In this document: in pieces, positions 38,119-48,472 of the stretch
Numbering within the stretch: position 1 is the first letter of the stretch
How the letters are laid out: each line of letters begins with the position of its first letter
DNA from: a virus
Taxonomy: Duplodnaviria > Heunggongvirae > Uroviricota > Caudoviricetes
IMG/VR virus record: IMGVR_UViG_3300029653_000083
Location: 10,236-74,235 of that record
Length of the DNA stretch: 64,000 bases
Reading direction: 5' to 3' (one strand)
Translations under genes and position numbers: made by a program
The notes under the pieces: model-generated
Databases searched by the model: none
What the model was told of the DNA's origin: nothing
Seen by the model: the letters and a program-made list of their open reading frames with translations, nothing else

Positions 38119-40047
38119 TTACAAGCCCTGCTGTGCGGACTCTTTGGCAAGACTACGAGCGGCGGCTACCGCGCTCACGTGGGGCACGTCAACTCCAGCC
38201 GCATACAGTTTGCTCGCATGAGCTGCGGCGGCGGCACCTTTCAACGGTTCGTCCCGGTCTGCCACGTCACGACCGTCTTCACCGAATCCGCCTTCGGTCT
38301 CCAACCGGCTGGGGGAGTGGCTGTCATCCTCGTACATGGCACCGTCGTCGGGTTTTTCTGCGGCGGCGGGCACGGCCACGATGATGTCATCCCATGACCA
38401 GTGACCGGCCTCATCATTGCCTTTCGGGGGATTGTTCTCCAACATGTGCTCGCGAAGGATATCGCTCCAGCTTTTCCCATGCTTGTGGTCGTCCTCGTAG
38501 AAGCCCTTGTAAACGCAAGCCTCCTGACCGACAAGCTCGGCTATGCCGCAACCACGGGACACTCCAGCCTCGATAAGATAACTCGGCACAGTTGGAGCGT
38601 TCTTCGCATCATTCAGCACGGTGCCACGAACGGTATCGTTGACCTTGTCGCCCAACAGAATCTTCGACGGAAGATTGGTCCGGACACTCGGGTCAAGACC
38701 ATTCTGGCTGGTTGCGGACTGGGCCGCATACATGAAGAAGATACCGCTGAAACGAACCGTCTGGCAGATTTTCAGCAACGCCATATAATTCATCGCACGG
38801 ATACCCTTCTCGTATTCGGCTTTGATACGGGTCGGATTATCCTTCGACAATCCCGGCGGAACGGTCAACGGTGCCGCCCATTGCGCAATCTCATCGCACA
38901 CCAACAGAATCGGCGGATACTGTTTACGGACTGCCTCCGGCAGACCCCACCAATTCTCCTTGCCATACTGGTTGATGACATTCGCACGAACCGTGCTCAA
39001 GTCCAGAATGTGTTGCAAGGTGGCCGCGCAGGATTCCATGCTGTCGCAACCCCAACCATGGTCGATGACCCACGGACGGCACCATTTGAAATCGACGCTC
39101 TTGTACTTGTCGTCGCATACCGCGAGTTGGCATCCGGCTGATACTGCGGCATATACAAGACAGTTGATGACCACACTCTTACCGCCATTGGAAGCGCCCG
39201 CGACCAGCACTCCGGACGCGTCCTTCCAATCGTTGTACAACAGGTCACCGGTCTCACGTCCACGGTCGGGAAGCTTCATACCAAAGTAGGCGTGGCGCAA
39301 ATCGCTTTTCTTCCAGAACTCCTTCGGCGGATTGATGACCGCAGGGAAGGTCGGCGGCACTCCCGGATACACGGTGATGACACCGTTCTCGGCATCAGCC
39401 TTGAAGAACCAGCCTTCACCGCCGATAATCTCAACGGTCTCCTGAATCTTCGTATCATGCTTGGAAGGACGATACGTGGCCGCATTGCCTTTGATACGGA
39501 TTTTCCAACCACCCTCAGCGGTCGGCGTCAGACGAATAAGCCACGGATACTTCTGCAAGCCCAACGCCTCAGCGAACTGTTGGCGAATCGAAATGGTCTT
39601 ATCGTCCATCAACTGCAACAGCACGACGCTCTTGGAACTGGTGCGCGGAATGAAATCGATTACCTTCCATGTCATGCCCGGCACATGTTTGATGGTCGGG
39701 TCTGTACTGTTGGCATAATTCAGTTCGATACGGGCGACGGTATCCTTCTGACGGGCTTCGCCCATACAGTCGGCGGCGTCGATTTCATCACCGTGTGCCA
39801 TACCCTCCGTGAGAAGCTTCTGCATCTCCTTATCGTCGGTAGACATAGCCATCGGAGCGATGTAGGCGTAGAGTCCGTCCGGGCTGATGCTGTCAATGAG
39901 ATAGCCTTCATATTTTTCAGGCTGGCGTGCGGCCTTCTCCTGAATTTTTCGGGTCAGACGCATCATATCGTCGGGATTGTGCGCGTCGAACCCGTCAGGG
40001 AACATTTTGGATAATCCGATTTTGATTTTCGGTCTGGTTTCAGGCAT
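38119..40047 (-). CDS. FtsK/SpoIIIE-like ATPase (soluble)
   Basis: Walker A GASNGGKS; Walker B LLVCDE; RFSGIFFMYAAQ. Confidence 0.8.
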   Translation of the reverse strand: MPETRPKIKIGLSKMFPDGFDAHNPDDMMRLTRKIQEKAARQPEKYEGYLIDSISPDGLYAYIAPMAMSTDDKEMQKLLTEGMAHGDEIDAADCMGEARQKDTVARIELNYANSTDPTIKHVPGMTWKVIDFIPRTSSKSVVLLQLMDDKTISIRQQFAEALGLQKYPWLIRLTPTAEGGWKIRIKGNAATYRPSKHDTKIQETVEIIGGEGWFFKADAENGVITVYPGVPPTFPAVINPPKEFWKKSDLRHAYFGMKLPDRGRETGDLLYNDWKDASGVLVAGASNGGKSVVINCLVYAAVSAGCQLAVCDDKYKSVDFKWCRPWVIDHGWGCDSMESCAATLQHILDLSTVRANVINQYGKENWWGLPEAVRKQYPPILLVCDEIAQWAAPLTVPPGLSKDNPTRIKAEYEKGIRAMNYMALLKICQTVRFSGIFFMYAAQSATSQNGLDPSVRTNLPSKILLGDKVNDTVRGTVLNDAKNAPTVPSYLIEAGVSRGCGIAELVGQEACVYKGFYEDDHKHGKSWSDILREHMLENNPPKGNDEAGHWSWDDIIVAVPAAAEKPDDGAMYEDDSHSPSRLETEGGFGEDGRDVADRDEPLKGAAAAAHASKLYAAGVDVPHVSAVAAARSLAKESAQQGL

Positions 40048-40762
40048 TGTGGTTTCCTCCTTCGAATGCGTGGGGTTGACTGATTGGTTTCAACGCTCCG
40101 AACCGGTCTTCGTAGAAGCCTTGTCCGGGTAGCAGTTGGAAGCTGTGGTTTGCGAGACGGGTGATGAGATGGCTCGCCTGTTCCCTGTTGGATGGGAGTA
40201 CATATTCCTCGATGGGGGAGTACCCTAAGTGGACGTGACCACTATGGGAGATGACGTTCTTCAAAAGGGAATGCTCCTCCATGGGGAACGTGGATGATAC
40301 AAGCACCAGATACACGCGCAGTCCGGAGATTCCGGTTTCGACTTCCCGTAGGCGTTCCTCGACGGCACGTAGATAATATCGGTCTTCGGTCTCTATGAGC
40401 GTGTCCAAGTCCTCGAAGACAAGCAGAAGCGGACGTGGGGTCGGGTCTCCTTCCACTCCATGCTTTTCGAGGCATGTTCCACGCCGTCTGATTTCAGCCA
40501 CCGTCCGGTCAAGCACCTCCAACGTTTCGGCCTTTGCTTCATAGTCAACCTGACTGACGATGGGGGAGGGGAGCGGCTTGCCCTCGAAGTCGAAACGAAT
40601 GACCGCATACTGTGCGGACAAAGCCTGCAACATGATGGAATCCGCAAGCATGGTCTTGCCCGAACCATGATTGCCGCTGATGGTCAGCATGTTCTGATTG
40701 CCTTCTTCAGTACGCCATTCGACCGGAAGGCCGTGAATATCATCACCTAGAATGAACGACAT
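40040..40762 (-). CDS. Short, degenerate FtsK-like P-loop protein
   Basis: ILGDDIHGLPVEW; GNHGSGKT; atypical Walker B LLVFED; LPGQG. Confidence 0.65.
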   Translation of the reverse strand: MSFILGDDIHGLPVEWRTEEGNQNMLTISGNHGSGKTMLADSIMLQALSAQYAVIRFDFEGKPLPSPIVSQVDYEAKAETLEVLDRTVAEIRRRGTCLEKHGVEGDPTPRPLLLVFEDLDTLIETEDRYYLRAVEERLREVETGISGLRVYLVLVSSTFPMEEHSLLKNVISHSGHVHLGYSPIEEYVLPSNREQASHLITRLANHSFQLLPGQGFYEDRFGALKPISQPHAFEGGNHNA

Positions 40763-40822
40763 TTTTCTGGAATTCCCCTCCTTTGGGATTGTTGGAAAAG
40801 ACGAGCCGGAAGAGCGGGATGA

Positions 40823-43800
40823 TTACCATTCCTCTTCCTCCACGTCCTCGTCCTCGACGTTTTCCGAACCGTTGTTGGAAGTGAAGATTTCCTTGATATC
40901 CTCCACGTCGAGCTTTGTGAACTGTTCCGCAGCTCGCGGCATGTACTGCTGGTAGTCGATGGGTTCCGGGTTCGGAATGTCGGCAACGAGCTTAGCCAGT
41001 TCGTCCTGACCGCCCGAATACCATGTCTGCACGGCCATCAGAGTGCCTTGCATGCTTTCGTACATTCCACGACCGACCGGGATTAGACCATCCTCGTTCT
41101 TCAACGACTTCTGGGTGCGGTTCGCTTCGGAGAGATTCTGGGCGCTGACCACGCCTGCGGGGGAGTCCATTCCCAAGAGGATGCGGCCCAACGAACGGAA
41201 GAACGCGTTGCCGTTGTACTTCTTCATATCGTCCATCGTCAAACGCTGAGCGCCGAAAATGCATCGGATGCCAGCGGTACGACCCTGCACGATAATCTTG
41301 CTCAACGCGCTCATCGTCCGGGCGATGGAAGCGTTCGTGGCGGACACGGCGGCATTGTCGTTGGCAATCTGCATGTCCTTCTGAGGATTCTGCGTGGTTT
41401 TGCCGGTCTCCTGCAAGTACGAGTTGAACTCATCGAACAGGATGTTCAACGGTTTCAGATGCTTGCGGTCTGCCTCCTCCACGTCATCCGGATTCAGTTC
41501 GAAGATGTTGCCCACGCCATACTTGTTGTTGATGCGCACGCGTTCGGCCATCTCCTCACGCGCCCAAGAAATCACAGCCTCCGTCTCACGCAACTGGTAC
41601 AGGCCGACGAACGCCAGAGCCTTCGGCTTCGCCCACTGGGTGAAATCGATGCAACCCTTCGACGGGTCGATGAGAATGATGTCCTCGCCTTTCAGCAAAG
41701 CCTCCGCAATGACAATCTGCGACGCGGACGACTTGCCACTACCGCTCTTACCGCTGATGAGCAGATGTGGCGTGGTCTTCGTATCCCAATACACGGGATT
41801 ACCCAAATCGTCCACGCCAATCGGGAACTTGCGACGGTCGCACTTCTTGGCCGCGTTCCAATCGGCCATGACGCTTGTCGGGAACGGACTCTTCTTCGCC
41901 AACACCATGGAGAAATCCGTGCCGTAGGCTTGGATGATTCGACCATACGGATAATTCGCTTCGGTGAGGAATTTGCCGATATTGTATTGGGGTTTGTCCA
42001 AATCCAATCCGCCCGGAATCTGGAATTTGGCGAGCAGGACTTCCTTGTTGTTCGGAAGCACACCCAACGATTCGACGGTCGGCGTCTTGCCGGAACTGTC
42101 CTGAACTCCGGCCACACCCCAAGCGTCAGACAAGGCTAGTTGAATGAGTTCCTTTTGGGCGGCTCTAATCTTCCAATGGGACACACTGTCCGGGTCGGTG
42201 CCCAAATACGGGTTGGAGCACAGCCAGACGGTCGCACGGTCCGCCGACTGCCAATCCCAATACACTCGTTCGGAACCGACGGCGGCACTGATGTTCGCGC
42301 TTTTCCTGCGCACGTCGGCAACGGTTCCGCCACGTCCCAAATGGAATCCGATACGCCAGATGGCCGTGTCCTTGCCCATCTGCTGACAGGAGTCGATGAC
42401 CACTTCCGCACGGGATGGCATCACGTCCATGAGCGCCTTGTAGATGAGCGCCTGAGCGTAACGACGGTATTCCGGACGGGAACCGGTCAGACGGTCGATT
42501 CTCAAAGGGGCGTTGTCCGCCATGACCAGCGAGGTGATGCCGTTTTCCTCGATGAGTCCGACGAAATCCTTGGACGGGTCTAGACTCGATAGGTCGTAGC
42601 GCATGAAGTCGGACGTGCGGTCTGGTGCCGTCAGCATTTCCGGCATGAACGAGATAGACCAGCCCTCACTGGTTTCGGCAATCTTCTCTTCGTCGTAATT
42701 GCAGACGGGAAGATTCAGTTTCGAGCCGACGATATCCTGCCAAGCCTTCTGGTCTTGCTTGAACCGGCGGGACAGCTCGATATACCGGTTGAACGATTTG
42801 CTTTGCGTCAAACCCGCCGGACGATACTTGTTGCCCTTGTCGTTCAGTCTCGTTTCGGGTTGTGCGGCGAGCATGAACGAGTTCTCCAAGTCGGAGAAGA
42901 TAGGCATTTTGATGATGTCGGCGGGGCTGAACGGGTTCGCCAGCCATTCCAATCCCAATTGGGTGATGAGAGCGCCACCACTGGGAGGATTGTGCAACAG
43001 CATCAGCCATGCCGCCTCCTCCTCATCGTCTGCGGCGGCGTCGATGACCTGAACGAGCGGCGGACGTTTATGCCATTCGTTCTGAGCGCAATAATCGTAG
43101 GCGATGTCGGCAACCAGTTGGGCGATTTTTGCTCCGACCTTCTTCTTGGTGATGTCGGGAATGCAGGACTCGTCCTTGCCGTATACGATTCGCACTAGGC
43201 TTGGGTCGAACTGCCAGCCGTTCTCCTTGATGGTTTTGGCGGCGAGCAGGGCTATGAAATTGTATCCGCTGGAAGTGGCGGAGGAGCGCAATGGTTCCAC
43301 ACCGGCCTTCAATACCTTCTCATTGCTTCTTGGGGCGTCATACTGGTCTTGCAAGCGGACGCGCATGACGTGCATCGGATTCTTGCGATGGCCGACCTTC
43401 TTGACTTGGGTGACGTAGGCTCCTCCCCACATCTTTGCCAAGTCGTCGCTTTTGACCCAACCGTCCAGCATGCGTTGCGCTTTTACAAGTTCACGCCAAT
43501 ATGCGGTCTGCTTCTTCTTGTCGAATTTCGTCACGAGCGACAGGAACAGAAGTGCGGGAAGACTGAGCGTCGTGGGAATGTCCACGAACCCCAAATATGC
43601 GCAAGCTCCCAGTATAACAAGAAGAATAACAGCGGAGACGATGGCGGTGGTCTTCTGCGACGGTTTACCTTTTTGCAGGAAGGCGAACACGCTCACACCC
43701 TGATAGATATGCCGACGGTCTACAAGACGGTCACGCCAATGGATGACGCCCATGACCGACATGAAACCGAATATCATGTTGAACGGTATCGTCCACAATC

Positions 43801-44227
43801 CGCATCCACGACTGGCGTACAGGCCGACGAACCAGCCGACCCACCATGAGACCCTATGCACGGCAAGCCAGTCGGACTTGGACATGAGGTCTGTGAATGT
43901 CTCGGGGTTCTCATCGAACTCGTCGTCCTTTTCGGGACGGGAGTAAGGTTTCAGCCCGGAGAACATATCTTTCCAACGGTAGTAGACGTTGAGTTTCTTC
44001 GGGTCTATGGGGTCTGTCTTACGTGCGGGCGTCGGATAGGTGGCCGTGGTTCCTCCTACGAGGATTCCCAGCCAGATGAACGGCATGAGCGGAAGTCTCA
44101 GTAAAGTCCAGAGGATTACGCCGATGATGATTATGAGTCCACACCAGAAGCCGCTCCAGATATGGGTCGGCTCTTTGCTTCTACTGCGGCTTCGTCCACC
44201 GCGATTCTGTGCCATCGAGGACTCCAT
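40823..44227 (-). CDS. Membrane-anchored FtsK/SpoIIIE-like ATPase (TcpA-type coupling protein candidate)
   Basis: Several N-terminal TMs; PHLLISGKSGSGKS; ILFDE; GRTAGIRCIFGAQR. Confidence 0.82.
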   Translation of the reverse strand: MESSMAQNRGGRSRSRSKEPTHIWSGFWCGLIIIIGVILWTLLRLPLMPFIWLGILVGGTTATYPTPARKTDPIDPKKLNVYYRWKDMFSGLKPYSRPEKDDEFDENPETFTDLMSKSDWLAVHRVSWWVGWFVGLYASRGCGLWTIPFNMIFGFMSVMGVIHWRDRLVDRRHIYQGVSVFAFLQKGKPSQKTTAIVSAVILLVILGACAYLGFVDIPTTLSLPALLFLSLVTKFDKKKQTAYWRELVKAQRMLDGWVKSDDLAKMWGGAYVTQVKKVGHRKNPMHVMRVRLQDQYDAPRSNEKVLKAGVEPLRSSATSSGYNFIALLAAKTIKENGWQFDPSLVRIVYGKDESCIPDITKKKVGAKIAQLVADIAYDYCAQNEWHKRPPLVQVIDAAADDEEEAAWLMLLHNPPSGGALITQLGLEWLANPFSPADIIKMPIFSDLENSFMLAAQPETRLNDKGNKYRPAGLTQSKSFNRYIELSRRFKQDQKAWQDIVGSKLNLPVCNYDEEKIAETSEGWSISFMPEMLTAPDRTSDFMRYDLSSLDPSKDFVGLIEENGITSLVMADNAPLRIDRLTGSRPEYRRYAQALIYKALMDVMPSRAEVVIDSCQQMGKDTAIWRIGFHLGRGGTVADVRRKSANISAAVGSERVYWDWQSADRATVWLCSNPYLGTDPDSVSHWKIRAAQKELIQLALSDAWGVAGVQDSSGKTPTVESLGVLPNNKEVLLAKFQIPGGLDLDKPQYNIGKFLTEANYPYGRIIQAYGTDFSMVLAKKSPFPTSVMADWNAAKKCDRRKFPIGVDDLGNPVYWDTKTTPHLLISGKSGSGKSSASQIVIAEALLKGEDIILIDPSKGCIDFTQWAKPKALAFVGLYQLRETEAVISWAREEMAERVRINNKYGVGNIFELNPDDVEEADRKHLKPLNILFDEFNSYLQETGKTTQNPQKDMQIANDNAAVSATNASIARTMSALSKIIVQGRTAGIRCIFGAQRLTMDDMKKYNGNAFFRSLGRILLGMDSPAGVVSAQNLSEANRTQKSLKNEDGLIPVGRGMYESMQGTLMAVQTWYSGGQDELAKLVADIPNPEPIDYQQYMPRAAEQFTKLDVEDIKEIFTSNNGSENVEDEDVEEEEW

Positions 44228-44475
44228 TCATTATCTGTTTTTTGAATGTCGGAAATCTATTAACGACACTAATGGACTGTTTGTTGTAAACCTTTTGAAA
44301 ACAGGAAAATTGTTTGGGGGAGTTTGGGGCTGGTTGGGGTGTTTTCTTGGCGTGTCGTCGTCTTGGGTGGCGAGTTATTGTAGAAAGTTTAGGTTCGTGC
44401 TATACTGAGAATGTCCACAAAAAAGAGTCGCCATAAGGAAACAAATTATGACCTAAAGAAAAAGGAGAAAACAAA

Positions 44476-44943
44476 ATGGCAACGCTACTTATCTCGATTG
44501 GCACGTTCATCGTCTACTCGATTTGCGTCATCGTCCTCGCAATCGGAGGACTGTCCATGACCAGTGCAGGACAGACGTTCGAAACGATGTTCAACAACTT
44601 CTTCGGAACAGTCATCCCCTCAATCGCCGTCGGAGCATTCGACATCTTCACGTTCCTCATCTTCGTTGCCATCCTCCAAACCATCATCTGGTGCTTCCGA
44701 ATCGAATTCCATGAGGGCAAACTGCGTGATATCCCCATCGACTGCGTGCTCATGGCAATCGTTCCAATGCTCTACGTTCACTGGAACCCCGGAGATAATT
44801 TCTGCCTCCTGCTCGCACTTATCGGATACCTCATCCCCACGGGTGTCATGTGGATGAACACCATCCTGCTTCGCCTCGGAAAGAACGGGTTGGATGGAAG
44901 GGAATCCCAGTACAAGAAGGCCGACGGCAGGGTTTCTCGCTAA
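44476..44943 (+). CDS. Four-TM membrane protein
   Basis: AAGGAG SD; hydrophobic segments; motif promoter TTGTAG-17-TATACTGAGAATGTCCACA at 44378-44419. Confidence 0.7.
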   Translation: MATLLISIGTFIVYSICVIVLAIGGLSMTSAGQTFETMFNNFFGTVIPSIAVGAFDIFTFLIFVAILQTIIWCFRIEFHEGKLRDIPIDCVLMAIVPMLYVHWNPGDNFCLLLALIGYLIPTGVMWMNTILLRLGKNGLDGRESQYKKADGRVSR

Positions 44944-44998
44944 GATTCTTCTAGATGTTCGAACACCCGTCCGAACTTCCTAGCAAAAGGCTGAACTC

Positions 44999-45994
44999 AT
45001 GTCCCACAACAAAAAAACCATCACCATAATCACAGCAGTCGTCCTAGTGTTGGCGCTCGTCATCGGATGGTGCGCATGGCGCAAGCACGTCACGTCCACC
45101 AAAGAGACCCAAGCCAGTGCCAACACCAGCTCCTCCAGCTCCACCAACAAGGCCAAAAAGAAAACCCCAGTCTTGTCCGACAAACAAAAGGAACAGAACA
45201 AGACCATCGCCCTCCAAATGGAAAAAGACATGCGCAATTGGGGAGTGGACTCGCTCGCAGACCCACACCAGTGGGCCAAACAGCCAGCCGACCAAGTATT
45301 GGCCGCATTAAGAACACCAGACAATATCGAGACTCCGGCGGACATGCCCACCTCCATGAAAATCAATCAAGGATGGGGAGGCAACGCCCCCTCCTACGTG
45401 TGCAACACCTCCGACTACCAGTCCTTATGCGACACCATGCCCACTTCCCAAGCATGGTGGAAGAACGAAGTATGGGGCACCGGAGCCAGATGGGTCAAAG
45501 ACCCGACGGCCACAGTGCTCGAAAACGGCAAGGTAAGAGTCAAAGGCAAGGTTCGTTCCATCCTCGTCACTAGCGGCGACACTTATTCTATGGGCGGCTA
45601 CAATGCGCTCACCCCGGCATGGCGGGATTATCAGATTGACGACATCCTCACCATCAAAAATGGAAAGGTCTCCGACATCGAATATGTAGGAAACCAGAAT
45701 TGGTGGATTAACCCGTTCCTGACCGCATGGACTCCCGACCGGGTGGCCGACAGTATCGGTGAGGGCAACAGAATCGCCATTCCAGTTTCAGGCGCATTAA
45801 ATTGGAATGGTATGAATCCAACCGGCATCACCCGCGTACTGAACGCGCCCACCAGCATGGGAGGCATGGATGGAAAAGTCGATTGGAGCATGTGGGACGA
45901 TTTGATTCAGGCCGGAAACACAGCCAACGGTCAGCAACAGGCACCAGACCTTGACCCGGCGAAGGATGCGGCCACCATCCACGACAGAGAATAG
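44999..45994 (+). CDS. Secreted/membrane-anchored hypothetical protein
   Basis: N-terminal TM, Ser/Thr linker, Trp-rich globular domain. Confidence 0.7.
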   Translation: MSHNKKTITIITAVVLVLALVIGWCAWRKHVTSTKETQASANTSSSSSTNKAKKKTPVLSDKQKEQNKTIALQMEKDMRNWGVDSLADPHQWAKQPADQVLAALRTPDNIETPADMPTSMKINQGWGGNAPSYVCNTSDYQSLCDTMPTSQAWWKNEVWGTGARWVKDPTATVLENGKVRVKGKVRSILVTSGDTYSMGGYNALTPAWRDYQIDDILTIKNGKVSDIEYVGNQNWWINPFLTAWTPDRVADSIGEGNRIAIPVSGALNWNGMNPTGITRVLNAPTSMGGMDGKVDWSMWDDLIQAGNTANGQQQAPDLDPAKDAATIHDRE

Positions 45995-46006
45995 TGCATT
46001 ACACAA

Positions 46007-46044
46007 GCAAAAAGAGAAGGAATCTACATTCCTTCTCTTTTTGC
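46007..46044. terminator. Bidirectional terminator
   Basis: GCAAAAAGAGAAGGAA...TTCCTTCTCTTTTTGC. Confidence 0.85.
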
Positions 46045-46055
46045 TATAACTCAAA

Positions 46056-48389
46056 CTACTTCTTCCAGTTGGAATTACGGAAGAATTGGCAGTCAGTGCT
46101 GGAAAGCTGGGATTTCGTCAGCCATCGAGAACCATAGGAGGAGAACGACGCGGAACCATCACGGTTGCCTTCACTAATACGAATCTTCCAACCGGACGGG
46201 TCGGAGGACACTTCCTCAACCACGGCCACGTGACCACAATCACCACCACCGGCGAACGGGCTACCACGACCTGATATACCGTCACCGGGTTTAGGGTTCC
46301 CATCGACCGTCCAACCGGATTGGCCTTTCAAATTGTTGGCGATGTCACCACCGTTACCCATAACCCAAGACCAGCCTTCGTTGCCGTGAATCATGGCAAG
46401 ACGGTTCCATGCATACCAGACGCACTGATGACCATATTCCAAATGCGGGTAGAACACACCAGCGTCAGACGCGCTACAAATCTTCTGATTGCCCGAACAC
46501 ATCCAAGAAAAGTCCCCATCCTTGGTAGGCGCACCGCCGACGGAACCATACGAAGTACTACCGCTATCGTCACTCACAGGGCACGTGGTGTTCGCGTCGG
46601 AATCGTCTGAGGAACCGCTTGAGGAACCACCCGTGTCAGCCGGGGGAGCGGAATCAAACTGCACTTCTGACGATGGCGGGAACTTGTTTGTCTGCTTGAT
46701 GTAAGCAATGAACTGTTGTGTCACACCCCAAACGGTCGAGACGTAATTATTGTCCGTGGCATATCCGGCATTCTTTAACTCCTGAATGTACGCGTGAGGG
46801 TCGGTACGCTTCTGCAATGCCGTCGCATAACGGGAATTCTCGGTGATGAACTTGCCATAACCGGCGAAACCATCCTCGTCGGAATCGTAGACCGCGAAAT
46901 CACCGGTCGTATCGTAACATCCACCTTGATTGCATTCCTTGGTGGCAAGCTTGACCGACTTTTGACCATTGACCGCCTTGATGCCAAAGAAGTTATGATA
47001 TTTGGTCGTCAGATTGGAAGCGCCCCAAGCGCTTTCCACTGCGGACTGTCCAAGAATCGCCTCATATGGGATACCGTACTTCTTGCCAATGTCAAATGCG
47101 GCCTGACCATACTTATCCGTATATGCTTGAACGGAATTGGTTACTGTCACATTGGCCGACGTGGTATCGGTGGTTCCGTCCGTATCGTCGGATTGTGTGC
47201 AACATTGGGAACTGTCATCATCGGAGTCTCCACTCTTGCCGTTGAAGGAGATGTCGTTCAATCCTTTGTCGTAATAGTTCTTGGCTACCTGTTTTCGGTT
47301 ATCCTCATTACGGGATGCCCAATTTGGCCTTTCCCATCCGGCCATCCATGCGACTGCGGCCACTTCCGGGTCGCTGGCTTCATGCCAAGTATCATACAGA
47401 CTGTCGTTCTTGACGGTTATCTCGGCCTTGGCTTCCGACAAGTAATGATTGTTGAAGGAGCTTTTCGCGGTTGCCACAAGCATTTTTATCTGCCCGTCCT
47501 CGTCCGAATCAGGCGTGCCCTCCAGTCCGTTGGCGTCCATCCAAGTGCGGATTTTGCTTCGGGGAGTCCATTGTCCGAGACCGTATCCATTGTCGGGGCT
47601 GCTTCTGTCCGCTACGAAACCGGATTCGGCATACACATTGCCCAATACTCCAGCCGTGGCCGCTTTGGAGAATCCTGCTGACGCGAACGCCTTGGCGATT
47701 TTGATTGCTACATCATTGGTTTTGAAATCAGAAGATGAACTGGAGCTACTGGAGTCCGAAGAGGAGGAGTCGGAGGAGCTGGACGCGGAAGAGTCGGAAA
47801 GACGATAGTAGGAAGTGTATTTACCGCCACCGTAATCAAACGGGACTTCCGACACCTCGTCCCCCTTGCTGTCACCATCCTTGCCATCGGTATCCTCGTG
47901 AGCGCCAACGGTCTTATTATCCCCGATATAGATTTCCGTATGGCCGTCCCGCCATACAACATCACCTTTCTGGAGCTTGTCTGCGGAACCATCGAAGTCG
48001 GTTTTGGTGAAACCGGCCTTGCTCATCGGGTCATCCATACTGGACGTATTAAATGGGGAGTCGCCCAGATTCTTGACGCCCCCCTTTGTCAGCGCATAGT
48101 AGACGAAACTCGAACAGTCAACATCAGGATTGAGTTTTCGTTTCGACTGGCTATAGCCGATTTTGTCGTCCTTAGCCATTTCCTCGGCCTTGGCTATGTA
48201 CTTGTCTATGAGACTGTTCCCACTGTCCGAACTGCTTTGGGCAGAGGTCTTCTTGCATCCGTTGGAGCGAATGGACATCATGGTCGTATCGGACACGGTA
48301 CTCATACTGGTCACGCCGACCGCTATCATCATGTCGAAGAGGAGTAGGCCAGCCATCCCCGTCGCCGCCATTTTTCCAAAACTTTGCAC
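46056..48389 (-). CDS. Conjugative peptidoglycan hydrolase: NlpC/P60-like + phage-tail lysozyme + GH73 glucosaminidase + CHAP
   Basis: DCSSFV..GHTEI; AGVLGNVYAESG..GYGLGQWT..WERP; QSAVESAWG..NFFGIK..GYATD; QCVWYAW..GHVAVVE..SEGN. Confidence 0.85.
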   Translation of the reverse strand: MQSFGKMAATGMAGLLLFDMMIAVGVTSMSTVSDTTMMSIRSNGCKKTSAQSSSDSGNSLIDKYIAKAEEMAKDDKIGYSQSKRKLNPDVDCSSFVYYALTKGGVKNLGDSPFNTSSMDDPMSKAGFTKTDFDGSADKLQKGDVVWRDGHTEIYIGDNKTVGAHEDTDGKDGDSKGDEVSEVPFDYGGGKYTSYYRLSDSSASSSSDSSSSDSSSSSSSSDFKTNDVAIKIAKAFASAGFSKAATAGVLGNVYAESGFVADRSSPDNGYGLGQWTPRSKIRTWMDANGLEGTPDSDEDGQIKMLVATAKSSFNNHYLSEAKAEITVKNDSLYDTWHEASDPEVAAVAWMAGWERPNWASRNEDNRKQVAKNYYDKGLNDISFNGKSGDSDDDSSQCCTQSDDTDGTTDTTSANVTVTNSVQAYTDKYGQAAFDIGKKYGIPYEAILGQSAVESAWGASNLTTKYHNFFGIKAVNGQKSVKLATKECNQGGCYDTTGDFAVYDSDEDGFAGYGKFITENSRYATALQKRTDPHAYIQELKNAGYATDNNYVSTVWGVTQQFIAYIKQTNKFPPSSEVQFDSAPPADTGGSSSGSSDDSDANTTCPVSDDSGSTSYGSVGGAPTKDGDFSWMCSGNQKICSASDAGVFYPHLEYGHQCVWYAWNRLAMIHGNEGWSWVMGNGGDIANNLKGQSGWTVDGNPKPGDGISGRGSPFAGGGDCGHVAVVEEVSSDPSGWKIRISEGNRDGSASFSSYGSRWLTKSQLSSTDCQFFRNSNWKK

Positions 48390-48472
48390 TGTACCCGCCT
48401 TACAAAAAACTTGGAAGAGATTTTTGCCATCTCTTCCAAGTTAACAGAATTTTTTAGGTAAGGGGAGGGAAA

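Noticed and set aside
44959..44974. Actinobacterial LexA-box-like TCGAAC-ACCC-GTCCGA
   Set aside because: Single copy with one mismatch, and it is part of a larger hairpin right after a stop codon; a terminator explains it equally well
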